64,000 nucleotides of DNA from Octopus sinensis. Lineage: Eukaryota. This document shows positions 1-12,953 of the stretch, piece by piece. The position numbers were made by a program, and so were the translations under genes. Under the pieces are notes generated by a model that searched no databases, was not told where the DNA came from, and saw only the letters and a program-made list of their open reading frames with translations. The stretch covers positions 177,940,001-178,004,000 of the forward strand of contig NC_042997.1 of the NCBI RefSeq assembly GCF_006345805.1, given 5' to 3'. Within the stretch, counting starts at the first letter, position 1. Each line of letters begins with the position of its first letter.

Positions 1-29
1 CATCAAATGTGTTCTTATTAGCCAAAAAG

Positions 30-370
30 AGGCACAGGAGTGGCTGTGTGGTAAGTAGCTTGCTTACCAAGCACATGGTTCCAGGTTCAGTCTCACTGCG
101 TGGAACCTTGGGCAATGTCTTCTACTAAAGCTTTGTGAGTTAAGTCAGAAACTGAAAGAAGCCTGTCATATATATGAATATATATATATGCTTGTGTGTC
201 TGTGTTTGTCCCCCCCCCCCCATCGGTTAACAACTGATGGTGGTGTGTTTACTTCCCTGTAACTTAGCGGTTTGGCAAAAGAGACCGATAGAATAAGTCC
301 TGGGGTCGGTTTGCTCAACTAAAGGCGGTGCTCCAGTATGGCTGCAGTCAAATGACTGAAACAAGTAAAA
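30..370 (+). mobile_element. SINE family A (tRNA-like head aggagtggctgtgtggtaag, internal TA/TG microsatellite, tail gaaacaagtaaaagag)
   Basis: Near-identical to the other copies at 7.7, 44.1, 44.5, 45.8 and 60.8-63.2 kb. Confidence 0.85.
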
Positions 371-379
371 AAATTTTTT

Positions 380-600
380 AAATAAGTAAATTTGGCAGAA
401 TTGTTAACACACTGAGTGAAATGTTTAGCAGCATTTCATCCGTTCATCCTTATGTTGAGTTCAAATTCCATCAAGGAACAACCTTTCATCTTTCCGGGGG
501 TTGATAAAATAAGTACCATTTGAGTACTGGAGTCAATGTAATCGACTCACCCATCACCCAAAATTGTTGGCCTTGTGCTAAAATTTGAAATCATTATTAG
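380..600 (+). mobile_element. SINE family B, degenerate short variant
   Basis: ttggcagaattgttaacac...gagttcaaattcc B-box-like motif ...gataaaataagtacc. Confidence 0.65.
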
Positions 601-863
601 AGAACAAAGAACAGTGGTGACATAACTGAACTTTGATACACAATCTTCTGCAGATTTGCCATTGTTTCTTAGCTGGAAACATTTTACATTTTCTTCAGCT
701 AGGAATAAATAACTTTTTTCTCTTTCTCTTTTCTGTAAGATTGAATAAATGTTGATACATAATTCTGCTTTGCCTTAGGCCTCAAATTCTCAATGAAGTC
801 TCAGTGGTACTGATATATGAAACAACCATGTTTGAGCCACTTTTACACTTGGCAGAGCCTATC

Positions 864-1087
864 TTATTTCTTTATTGCCCATAAGGGGCTAAACATAGAG
901 GGGACAGACAAAGGGATTAAGTCGATTATATCGACCCCAGTGCGTAACTGGTACTTACTTAATCGACCCTGAAAGGATGAACGGCAAAGTCGACCCCGGC
1001 GGAATTTGAACTCAGAACGTAAAGACAGATGAAATACTGCTAAGCATTTCGCCTGGCATGCTAACAATTCTGCCAGCTCGCCGCCTA
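864..1087 (-). mobile_element. SINE family B (head ggcggcgagctggcagaa, B-box gttcaaattcc, tail ccccttgtgggcaataaagaaata)
   Basis: Reverse complement of the copies at 14.3, 18.0, 19.2, 34.1 and 42.7 kb. Confidence 0.85.
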
Positions 1088-1805
1088 TCTGTCTCCAGGT
1101 CTGACCATAGCCAATTTCTTTGCGGAAAGAAAGAGAGGAATCAACTTCAGTATTTAACTGTTTCTTTATTGACCCCACTCAAAATAGGTTAAAGGCAAAG
1201 CTGACCTTAGCAGAATTTAAACTCATAGGACAAAGAGCTGAAATGATCACTACAGTGCAGTCTATCTCTACCAATTGGTTGCCTTTTAACAGTTTTGAGT
1301 ACAGTCATACAATTGACTTTCACTTCAGTTCATGAGATAAATTACTATCTTTTAGTGTGTGTGTACATGTAGAGTAACAGCTGGCCCTGAGACGATAGGT
1401 TGACTGCTGAAAGATTGATAACTTGCAGTAAGTTCATAAGCAAAATTAAGTTAGTCCACCTAGTTATAAATAGATATTATAAATTACTACTGCTCAGTGT
1501 TTAAGTTTTGCACTTAAAAGTGTCATATATAGTGAATGTAAGTGCTTGCACATTGCTTTGCATCTATTTTTCCTTGCTTGCATGAATAAGGTGGTTTCAA
1601 AGTAATTTTCTATGTACATTGAATCAAAAAATTTTGCATTAGGATATCCTTTCTACTACTTTTATTATTCCATTCATATCTAGAATGTCCTAGTATTTTA
1701 TCCCAGAAAGGATAAATGACTTTGACCAGATTTGAACAAATTTCCAGTGTTAAACATTCAATTGTGAAAGCAGGGGTAGCATCACTTGTTTTCAAATTGT
1801 TTTAA

Positions 1806-2090
1806 TCATCATTTAACATCCGCTTTTCATGCTAGCATGGGTTGGATGATTTGACTGAGGACTGGGGAACTAGATGGCTGCACCAGGCTCCAATCTGATC
1901 TAGCAGAGTTTCTACAGCTGGATGCCCTTCCTAACGCCAACCACCCTGAAAGTGTAGTGGGTGCTTTTATATGCCACTGGCACGAGGGCCAGTCAGGCGG
2001 TACTAGCAATGGCCACACCCAAGTGGTGTTTTTTATGTGGCATCTGCACAGGAGCCAGTCCAGCAGCACTGGCAATGACCTGGCACAAGC
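1806..2090 (-). mobile_element. Repeat family C: RTE-type 3' end or RTE-tailed SINE with (GAT)n tail
   Basis: catcat tttaacatccgcttttcatgctagcatgggttgga...ctacagctggatgcccttcctaacgccaacc; the same sequence terminates the RTE copies at 10.5 and 55.7 kb. Confidence 0.8.
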
Positions 2091-2399
2091 CCAGTAATTT
2101 CAGGCGAGTGGGTAGGTTGATTACATTGACCCCAGTCCTCAACTGGTACTTATCGACCCAAAGGACGAAAGGTAAAATTGACCTTGGTTGAATTTCAACT
2201 CAGAACATGAAGACAGTGAAGTACTGCTTAGCATTTTTGCTTGGCATGCTAACAGCTCTGTTGGCTTGCTGCTTTGCTACCAGTCATAATATTAATTGAT
2301 AATCACATACATATGCACACTCAGAAATATTGATATTGGCCAGCATTCTGATGAATTCCATGATGTGCTTGGTGGTTATGGCTTTGGTTCAAGGAACAA

Positions 2400-3480
2400 G
2401 ACTACTCCAGTTTTGTGATGTTAATTGACTCAATACAAAGAGTGTTCATTAAAGGTTTCCCCAGACCAACTTCCCAAGGACTGGAATAAATGAAACTTGG
2501 CATTATTATTAGTCCTCCTCTACATTGCCAACACCAATGGCGACACACTTCTCCCATTGCTTTATGCAGCTGTGAAGATCTTGTCTGTAGAAGCCGGTAG
2601 GTTGCATCTGGAGCCAAGATTTTAGCTTGAAATAAGTTCATCATCTAAAAAGTGCTTACCCTTCAAAAAGACATGTACATTGTGAACTGGGGCGTTGTCT
2701 TGGAGGAGGCGAATTTCTTAGGTCAACATGCCATGCCTCTCTGCTTTGATGGTGTTCTGCAATTTCTGCAGCAGAGAAGCATAATATGCCCCATTAATTG
2801 TGGTGCCCTTTGCCAGAAAATCCATTATCACTACTCCATGCTGGTCCCCAAAAAACTGTGACCATCACCTTGCCTGCAGAGTGTTGGACATAAGCTTTCT
2901 TTAGAGGTGATGAGTTATACTTTCATTGTTTTGATTTGACTCTAGTCTCAGGATCATAGAGATGGACCCATGTTTCATCCCCTGTGGGATAAGCCTGCCG
3001 AAAATGTCCTCATTTTCTTGGCACATTGCCAAAAGAGCCTGGGAGCAATTAACTCATTCCTACTTCTGAAAAGGTATGAGCATCCAGGGAATCTATTGTG
3101 TAGACAACTTCCACAAGTGCAAGTGTCATGAATGATTTTTTTTCCACAGACCCTACATGTATCTTCACTTCTTGGGTTAGTTGCTGAATAGTTATGTAGC
3201 AATACTCCAAATGGCAGTTTCTACTTTATGGATGGTGTCATCAATGGCAGAACGTGATTGTCCAGGAATAGGAGCAGATTCCACCAATGTCTGACCACAT
3301 TTGAATTAGCGATGCCAGTGCTTGACTATGTTGTATGATGGTGCATCGTCACAATAAACTTCATTCATCTCATTGAAAGTCTCTTTTGGTGTATGACCTT
3401 TCAAGTAAAAGAACCTGATCACTGATCTGCATTCAACTACCTCCATTATAGCATCTTAGTCCACTTCAGCAGCCATAAAA
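2400..3480 (-). mobile_element. Decayed mariner transposase remnant
   Basis: Minus-strand translation gives TGDETWVHLYDP, SAGKVMVTVFWG, LLQDNA and LAPDATYRLL, which match mariner transposase motifs; multiple stops and frameshifts. Confidence 0.8.
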
Positions 3481-3934
3481 TACAAGCGAATGCTAGTGAA
3501 AAGCTGCAATTTACAATGTGACATGTAGAAACAAGTATGATTATACTTATACAAGATCCATTTCCTGCAATAACCAGAAGTTGATGAGAGGAAATTTTTA
3601 ATGAACACACCTCATAATTTGCAACAGTATCTTCAGGAAATAGGTACCTGACGACAACCTATAAATCTGGAGGACACATGAACGAGATAGACTTTATTCT
3701 CTCCAGGAAATAAGATAGACTAATGGTTGTAAATGCTGTCTTTCCCAGTAAAGGATGTAAAATCCAACATAGCCTAGTAGTTAGTAACTTCAAATTTAGG
3801 GTTAGACAGATTGGAACAAATCAGTTTGGAAAGGAAGATATAGATATTTAAAGATCCACTATACAATCAGAAATTTAGAGAAGTTCTAGTTGAAATATTC
3901 AATGAAAAGGCAGAATTAGTAAAAACCCATAGCT

Positions 3935-5075
3935 TAGAGGACAACCGCAAGTTTATATAGGACAACCAGCTGAGAGCTACAGACCAAATCTATGGTTGAT
4001 GCAAGGTTCCAACCAGACCAATGGAATTCAAAACCTGATGTACATGGGAACTGCTTTATGCTGATGACCTCACTATTATTGCAGATTCTGAAACAGAACT
4101 GGAGAAGTTCCAGATATGGAAGCAAAACCTGGAATGAAAGGGTCTTAAAGTTAATCTAACAAATATGAGCGATGGCTAGAAGTATATTGAGTTCTTCATA
4201 ACCAGCTGATCTAGCAAGCGGGGCCTCATATCAGTGAGGGGGGCCGGTGCGTATTGATGCCGTTGAGAGGTAGGCCCCGAAATAGCGCGCATTCTCTCCT
4301 GATGACCCCATACACTTGCTAGCTTCCGATATACGGAGCTTTTAACTGGTAGCACTTGCATGTGCAAGTTGTTTGCAAGACTGAAGTTGTAAACAAGAAA
4401 GCAAATAAGACTCTTTCCATCAGGTAAATGGCCCTGCCCAATACATAGGAAAAGAGTGAGAAGTAATTCTACTTGCTATCTCCAGTGTAAGTTACAGACA
4501 CTTAAGAAATGCAGTGGAATCACAGGCAGATTAACAGATAAGGTCGTTTTCATGTGTGGCAGAAACAATAAAAACACGTCGGACTTAGACTCTCTCTCTC
4601 TCTCAAATGTCCAGGAGGCTCTCTTGAGGTAATCGATAGTTTCCGCTACTTAGGTGACCAAATGATGGTGGATGCTTTGAAAGTATTGTTTCTAGAATAA
4701 GAATAGGATGGAGGCTACTACCTCTATTGGCAACAAAAGGACTCTCTCAGAGTGAAAGGTGGATTGAATGATGCTTGTGTACATATGGCTATACTCTGTG
4801 GTGGTGAGACACAGGCTCTGAATTTGGAGAACATGCATAGACCGGAGAAGATGGAGGTAGTATGCTCTGTTAGATGTGCAACATCAGTGTGCACAAATGA
4901 CAAAGTGCAACTGTATTGAGAGAAAGTTGAGCATAAGAGGAGTTAAATGTGGCATGTAGAAGAGAATGCAATTTTTGGACATGTGATGTGCATGAGTAAA
5001 GACTGCTCTATACAGAGCGATTGCTATGGCATTGAGGTAGATCCAGCCACATATGTATGTATGTATATATATCAC
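3935..5075 (+). mobile_element. Decayed RTE-clade LINE fragment (RT C-terminal part), interrupted by a ~210-bp insert at 4163-4375
   Basis: WELLYADDL-like motif near 4045; collinear with the RTE copy at 54.2-55.0 kb. Confidence 0.8.
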
Positions 5076-5084
5076 CGTGACCAA

Positions 5085-5345
5085 CCAGGCTATCACATCG
5101 CTTTGCATTGCTTTAGCCTTCAAATGATGCCACTCTGCTGGCTAAGCGAGCAGACCAACAGAAGAAAGAGCGAGAGAAAGTTGTGGCGAAAAAGTACTGC
5201 AGGGGTTGCCACCATCCCCTGCCGGAGCCGCGTGGAGCTTTAGGTGTTTTCGCTCAATAAACACTCACGACGCCCAGTCTGGGAATCGAAACCGCGATCC
5301 TACACCGTGAGTCCACTGCCCTAACCACTGGGCCATTGCACCTCC
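5085..5345 (-). mobile_element. SINE family D (tRNA-like head ggcgcaatggcctagtggttagg, B-box gtttcgattccc)
   Basis: Reverse complement of 12337-12625. Confidence 0.85.
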
Positions 5346-5366
5346 ACATGTATGTATGTATGTATA

Positions 5367-5434
<68 letters not shown>

Positions 5435-5454
5435 CATATATATATATAGATATA

Positions 5455-5486
<32 letters not shown>

Positions 5487-5512
5487 CATATATATATATA
5501 GATTATATATAT

Positions 5513-5548
<36 letters not shown>

Positions 5549-5988
5549 TATTTATATTTAATTTATATTAAAATTTTATATTAAAATTTAATGTATTGAT
5601 TAAGTCTTTCCTTGTTTGGTTTTAAAATAGTGGTTTTGTCTCGAATATATTATATAATATTTTACTATAAAATTGGATTTAACCCTAAATCTGATTTTTC
5701 CCTGTAATTTTGGATTCATTCCCTATATTTTATATTATTATAATATATATATATATATATATTAATAAATAAAATAAAACATATGCATATATATAAACAT
5801 ATATGTACGTACCTACCTCTACATGTACATATACACGCATATATGAGTACAGGACACCAAAAGGACGTCGAACACAATGAGAAACGAAAACATAGACACA
5901 AACCAAAGGAACTGGACATTTTTTTAAAAACACCCATATATTATTATTATATATATAAATATATTATTATTATATATAATAAAATATA

Positions 5989-6029
<41 letters not shown>

Positions 6030-6215
6030 TATTTATATATATATATTATATATATAAATATATATGTATATAATAATATATATATATATTATATATGTAT
6101 ATATATATATATATATAAATATATATGTTATATATATATATATATAAATATATATGTATATATATATATATATATAAATATATATTATATATATATATAT
6201 ATATAAATATATATG

Positions 6216-6259
<44 letters not shown>

Positions 6260-6465
6260 CGCACTACTACGAAACTATAAAATGTTCAAATTCCCCACAA
6301 TTGATTTGATTTGAAAACCCCACTAGATTGGGAGAAAGCGCTAATCCGAATGATATGATCTGAATGATATGATATATATGTAAAAAATGTAATATATAAA
6401 TATCTACAAATATGAACCATCCGATCTGATTACCTCATTTTTTCTAATATATATATATATATATG
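5345..6465. repeat. (TA)n tracts interleaved with Penelope-like terminal modules
   Basis: Long TA arrays separated by unique modules at 5556-5725 (homologous to 11360-11500), 5765-5940 and 6258-6445. Confidence 0.75.
6308..6346 (+). ncRNA. Candidate minimal type-I hammerhead ribozyme (U3-A8 variant), imperfect stem II
   Basis: gat-TTGAAAA-c ccc actagatt ggg a-GAAA-G CG C-TA-atc. Stem I is gat/atc and stem III is the palindromic GCGC; the 10.1-11.1 pair is a C-A mismatch. Confidence 0.4.
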
Positions 6466-6602
6466 TGCACACACATGTACGTACACACACACACACGTAT
6501 ATATGTATATTTCTGAGGTGACAGAAATTGTTTAAGTGTAAAAGTGAAAAGTTCTTTCTTATGGCTATATGTATCTTTCATGCTGCAATCATGTTTGTGT
6601 GT

Positions 6603-6940
6603 ATATCGATTAACAGGTTCACTTAGTTCCTCATGTTACTTAGTTACTTAGGCACTGATGTCGCTAGTGGTGTATTTAATATCATGCTTTGATGACTAAG
6701 TGATATTAATATCACACTTGCTTTAACACATACAGTATGCCCACCTGTTGCCTACTGATGCTGAGTTACCATCATATCAGCATGATCAGAAATGACGAAT
6801 GGGGATCAAACTCTCTCTGTGACATAGAAGAGATTTTAATTTTCCTTGACTTCATTTCTAAATGTCTGAAGAAAAGGATGTGTACACATGCCCACATAAC
6901 TAAAGTCACATGAGGAACTATGTTAATCTGTTAATAGATG
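6603..6940. mobile_element. MITE-like element with ~45-bp imperfect terminal inverted repeats
   Basis: atcgattaacaggttcacttagttcctcatgttacttagtta versus the reverse complement of taactaaagtcacatgaggaactatgttaatctgttaatagat. Confidence 0.6.
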
Positions 6941-6988
6941 CAACTCAAACTATGTGTTGAGGTCCTACTTCTGTTTGTTTGTTCAGTC

Positions 6989-7053
<65 letters not shown>

Positions 7054-7283
7054 CATATATATGTATATATAATCAAAATAAGCAACAAGGATATCCAAAG
7101 GTAATGCTTACTTTGATTATAATCACCCCATTTTGAATTATATGGATAATACTATACCAAATTCTGGTACCTCCAACTTAAGTACCATATTCAACTGAAT
7201 CTAAATTTTTACTGAACTTATATATATATTTATTACTCTTTTACTTGTTTCAAGCTACTTACCACACAGCCACTCCTGCGCCT

Positions 7284-7314
<31 letters not shown>

Positions 7315-7681
7315 GGTATATGTTAGAGGTGTTTAAAACCTCTAAGAGATGGTTAAATCCAAAGGCATTCTCAAATATCATTCCATTTCTTTGGTGCCAT
7401 TCATGAATCAACAATTCACTTGCTTGCTCTTTCTTGAATTAACAACTAAGTCATTACTATTATTATTATTTAAATATATAAATGTGACTTAGTCGATGAA
7501 TCTAGGATTCCCCCACTTCTTGCCATATCTAGTTGGCAAGGCCACATGTAATTTCATTTCATTTCAGTTTCAGCCAGACTCCCCTCCCATTGCAAAATGC
7601 TTATGTGATAAATTTAACAATTAAAATGTACATGTATATTAATTTAGTATTAATATTTTAATGATAATAATAATAATTATT

Positions 7682-8060
7682 GAGGAGTGGCTGTGTGGTA
7701 AGTAGCTTGCTTACCAACCACATGGTTCCGGGTTCAGTCCCACTGCATGGCACCTTGGGCAAGTGTCTTCTACTATAGCCTCAGGCCAACCAAAGCCTTA
7801 TGAGTGGATTTGGTAGATGGAAACTGAAAGAAGCCCGTCGTGTATATGTATATATATATGTGTATGTGTGTTTGTCCCCCTAACATCACTTGACAACCGA
7901 TGCTGGTGTGTTTACGTCCCCATAACTTAACAGTTCAGCAAAAAGAGACCGATAGAATAAGTACTAGGCTTACGAAGAATAAGTCCTGGGGTCGATTTGC
8001 TTGACTAAAGGCAGTGCTCCAGCATGGCCACAGTCAAAAGACTGAAACAAGTAAAAGAGA
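7682..8060 (+). mobile_element. SINE family A
   Basis: Full-length match to the family A consensus. Confidence 0.85.
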
Positions 8061-8559
8061 ATACTATGGCTTTTCTTCTGAGCTCATCTAGCTATGTGGT
8101 GCATAAAACTAAGTTTGCACAAGGCCTGTGCACATATCCATTTTGCATACCCATTATGCCCACCCACCCTCTCCCACCACCACTATTTTAATTCATACAT
8201 TACCAATTTCACCTGGCGACTCATATGCTTCCTGTGCTGTGCATGTGAATACATATTTTGAGTATACCCCTGTATACCCTCATACAAGCACCCTGATGAG
8301 TGTAGTTTACCATGAAAATACCTTATATATAAATATTTAGACATATAATACTTAAACTGCCCTATTTAACTACCCTATTCTCATACTCACTTATTGGCTC
8401 TTGCTTTAGATGTTGGACGAGATGTGGGAAATTGTGATTCATTGTAATTCACTGAATAAACCATGTATCAAAGCTCTATGCTATCTGGCAAGCATTTTTG
8501 CAGATCTTCTTCATTTCAGGTGATGACAAAATTTCCACAACTACCTTATCGCCACCACT

Positions 8560-10515
8560 CCCAAGTATTGAATTTTAGGGCTGCTACCATCAATGTTGGC
8601 ACAATGAAAGGAAGGAGTAGGGAGATTATTGAAACGTTGGGGCAACGCCATGTTGATGAGTGTGGTGTGCAAGAAGTAAGATGGAGAGGAGCCTCAGCTA
8701 GATTCATCATGGGTAAGAGACAGAGATTTAAATTCTTCTGGGTTGTCAGGAAGGATGGAGTGGGTGGAGTAGGCATACTGTTAGCAGAAAAGTGGATAGA
8801 TAAGGGAACTGAAGTAGACAAAGTATGTGATAGGGTAATTAAGATGAGACTTATAGGTAAATTAACAGTTATATTTATCTTTGCCTAAACTCCTCAGTCT
8901 GGGCTAAATGATGAGCAGAAGGACCAATTCTATGAAATCCTTTTGCTGACCACCTCAATGACAAATGACAAAGACTTTGTTATTGTGGCTGGTAACTTCA
9001 ATGGACATGTTGGACAGCACTCCCATAGATTCCAGGGGAACCTAGAAATAAGGAGGGAACAAGACTGCTGGAGTTCTGTGATGTAAATGATCTCATGATC
9101 TGCAACACTAACTTCAAAAAGCCAGCCAGCCAGCCACCTTAATCACTTATCAGTCTGGTGAGCACATTAGCCAGATTGACTGCCTCCTCACCAGACAATG
9201 AGGTAGATGGATGCTTAAAAATGCAAAGTCTTTCCTAGGTGAAGAGTGTACAACCCATCATAGGTTACTAGTTAATGACTTCAGAATTAGAGCTAGAAAG
9301 ACTCAGAGAAATAAACCAATCTGTAAAAGAAGACTATGGAAGCTCAAAGACCCAGCAAACAGACAAAAACTTTGCTAACGGAAGCTTCTGACAAAAGAGA
9401 GGAAGAGTTGGGGACATAGCCTAGAGGACAATTGGAAGTTCCTGCGGGACAATCTACTGAGGATTACAGACAGAATCTGTGGCTGGTGCAGAGTCCCAGC
9501 TAGACCAAGGGTGACATGGTGGAGGACCAAGGAGGTTGACAATGCTATAAAAGTAAAAAGACTGGAAAAATGGTGGAAGCAGAAACTTATATCAAGTAGC
9601 CAAAAGGCAGCTAGGCATCAGGCATACATAGCAAAAGGAGTAGCTGAAGGTAAGAAATTTGGAAATGTTCTACAGCATGAGGATCAGAGGCATGAGGTGG
9701 TCGGGACTGCAAAGCAGTGTATGAGAGAAAATAGAACATCTGTTGGTAACAAAAGGATTCTCTCAGAGTGAAAGGTGGACTATATGATGTTTGTGTGCAA
9801 ACAGCTTATACTCCATGGTAGTGAGACATGGGCTCTGAATTTGGAGGACATGCATAGACTGGAGAGAAATTATGGTAATATGCTCTGTTGGATGTGCAAC
9901 ATCGGTGCACATGTATGGCAAAGTGCAAATGCATTGAGAGAAAAGCTGGGCATGAGAGAAATCAAATGTAACATACAAGAGAGAAGACTACATTGGTTTG
10001 GGCCTGTGATGCATATGGTATAAACAAGTGCCAATCATTGAAAGTGGATGCTACCTGTAGAAGAGAGAGACCCAGGAAGATGTGGGATAAAGTGGTAATG
10101 ACCAATCTCAGGTTGTTGGGCCTCATGGAGGAAATGACAATGGACCGAGATATCTGACGATATGAGGTTCTTAAGAAGACCTACCCATGTCAGCAAAACT
10201 GAGTTGTAGAAGTGCTGTGTCCCACCCCCACTTAACAAGAAAACTTCTCACACACTCTACCATAACAAACCCTCTTGAAAGTTTTTTTAAAATTTGTCTT
10301 GCAAGTACTTGGTGGCCCTGTCAGTGCAGTTGCCACTTAAAAGCACCCAGTCCACACTGTAAAGTGGTTGGTGTTCAGAAGGGCATCCAGCTGTAAAAAT
10401 CCTGCCAGAACAATCACAGAAGTCTGGTGCAGGCTTCTGCCCAGTTGGCTCTAATTAAACCATTCCACCTATGCCAGCATGGAAGGCAGACATTAAACGA
10501 TGTTGTTGAAGATGA
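8560..10515 (+). mobile_element. Decayed RTE-clade LINE with AP-endonuclease region, large internal deletion of RT, and intact 3' end with (GAT)n tail
   Basis: FRAATINVGTMKGR, GVQEVRWRG, GVGGVGILLAEKW and degenerate GNFNGHVG; the 3' part has LHGSETW and RRLHWFG; followed by the family-C tail. Confidence 0.85.
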
Positions 10516-10519
10516 TGAT

Positions 10520-10560
10520 AATGATATATATATTATATAATATATATATATATTATATAA

Positions 10561-10602
<42 letters not shown>

Positions 10603-10625
10603 TATATATATATATATAATATATG

Positions 10626-10657
<32 letters not shown>

Positions 10658-10707
10658 ATGTATATAATATATATATATATATATGTATATATATATTGTA
10701 TATATAT

Positions 10708-10773
<66 letters not shown>

Positions 10774-10941
10774 GTTATATATATAATATATTGTATAGAT
10801 ATATATATATATATAATATGTATATATATATAATATATATGTATATTATATAGTTATATATATATATATATATGTATATATTATATATATAGATATATAT
10901 ATATATATGTATATATATCTATATATATATATATATATATG

Positions 10942-11015
<74 letters not shown>

Positions 11016-11093
11016 ATATATATATGTATATATATTATATATAATATATATATATATATGTGTATATATATATTATATATATATATATGTATA

Positions 11094-11125
<32 letters not shown>

Positions 11126-11137
11126 CTATTATATATG

Positions 11138-11206
<69 letters not shown>

Positions 11207-11219
11207 ATATATATATATG

Positions 11220-11261
<42 letters not shown>

Positions 11262-11265
11262 TATA

Positions 11266-11306
<41 letters not shown>

Positions 11307-11968
11307 TATATATATGTATATATATATGTATTATATATATATGTATATAATAATAATAATATTAGAATAAATCCAAATTTACAGGGAAAAAATCAGATTT
11401 AGGATTAAATCGATTTTATAGTAAAATATTATAAAAATTATTCGAGACAAAACCACTATTTTGCAAAACAAACAAGGAAAGACTAATTAATACATAAAAT
11501 TTTAATAAATAGTCAAAAAAAACCGCCACCCATATATATATATATATGGCGGTTTTTTTGACTATTATAAAATTTTAGTATTAATAAGTCTTTCCTGTTT
11601 TTTTTGCAAAATAGTGGTTTGGTCTCGAATAATATTTTATATATGATATATATATATGTATATATGTATATGTAATATGTATATATGTATGTGATATATG
11701 TATATATATATGTATATATATATATATATGTGTATATATATAATATATATATTATATATATTATATATATAGATATATATTATATATATATATGTATATA
11801 TATTATATATATATGTATATATATATATGTATATTATATATTATATTATAAATATGTATATATATATGTAATTATATATATATATATAATGTATATATAT
11901 GTATATATATATATATATGTATAATATATTATATATATATATATATATGTATTATATATATATATATG

Positions 11969-12000
<32 letters not shown>

Positions 12001-12060
12001 TATGTATGTATATATATGTATATATATATGTATGTATATGTATATATATATATATATATA
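10520..12060. repeat. Very long compound (TA)n/(TATG) microsatellite enclosing an inverted-repeat module at 11360-11640
   Basis: Seen directly in the sequence. Confidence 0.9.
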
Positions 12061-12305
12061 AAATAAAAGGCGCCAAGTTGCTCCTTGTGCTTTTGAGAAA
12101 TACTTCCCTAAAATGAAGCTGTGATACTATTTGGTGAACCAGTGAGATGGGAAACAAATCTGCAGTTGATTATGATGTACTTTTATCGGATGGTTTACCT
12201 AATTGTACTCGAGAAATTCCCTACTCATCTGCCTATCTTAGCCTGCAATATGGATCTCTGTGGATGGCAGAAGCTTGCATACCACGAAAGTTACTGTCTC
12301 TAATA

Positions 12306-12336
<31 letters not shown>

Positions 12337-12625
12337 GGAGGCGCAATGGCCTAGTGGTTAGGGCAGTGGACTTGCAGTCGCAGGATCGTGGTTTCGATTC
12401 CCAGACCGGGCATTGTGCGTGTTTATTGAGCGAAAACACCTAAAAGCTCCACGAGGCTCCGGCAGGGGGTGGTGATCCCAGCTGTACTCTTTCACCACTC
12501 TTTCTCCCACTCTTTCTTCTGTTGGCCTGCTGGGGGGCGTCATTCGAAGGCTAAAACAATGCGAACGCATTGTGACCAGCGATGTGTAACAACATCTGAT
12601 AGCCTGGTCGGTCACGTGATCACGA
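12337..12625 (+). mobile_element. SINE family D
   Basis: tRNA-like A-box/B-box head; homologous to 5085-5345 and to the head of 35182-35482. Confidence 0.85.
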
Positions 12626-12947
12626 TATATATATATATCATTATCATCATCATCATCTTCAACAACATCGTTTAATGTCTGCCTTCCATGCTGGCATAGG
12701 TGGGATGGTTTAATTAGAGCCAATAGGGCAGAAGCCTGCACCAGACTTCTGTCATTGTTCTGTGTGTGTGTGTGTGTGTGTCTGTATGTGTATATCATCA
12801 TCATGTAATATTTGCTATCCATGCTGACATGGATTGAATGGTTTGACATGTAAAAGTGAACGTTAAAAGGGAGATAACATATGAGTTTGTTTTCTCAATT
12901 TAAATATTAAAGTTAAAGAATAACTTTGCAATTTCTTAATGTTAAAT

Positions 12948-12953
12948 TTTATT
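12948..12953 (-). promoter_or_regulatory. Candidate polyadenylation signal AATAAA
   Basis: AATAAA on the minus strand about 105 nt downstream of the putative stop. The AT-rich context makes a chance occurrence plausible. Confidence 0.3.

Noticed and set aside
8293-8325. CTGATGA...GAAA on the plus strand
   Set aside because: No stem II or stem III pairing; chance match.
5356-12157. Many YIYI/ICIY-type ORFs (also at 55985-56438, 60898-61460 and 63168-63735)
   Set aside because: They are translations of (TA)n and (ACAT)n microsatellites, which lack stops in some frames; no coding evidence.
12337-12410. tRNA genes (also heads at 35182 and 32394)
   Set aside because: The tRNA-like A/B boxes continue directly into SINE bodies that recur in several copies; no acceptor stem closure.
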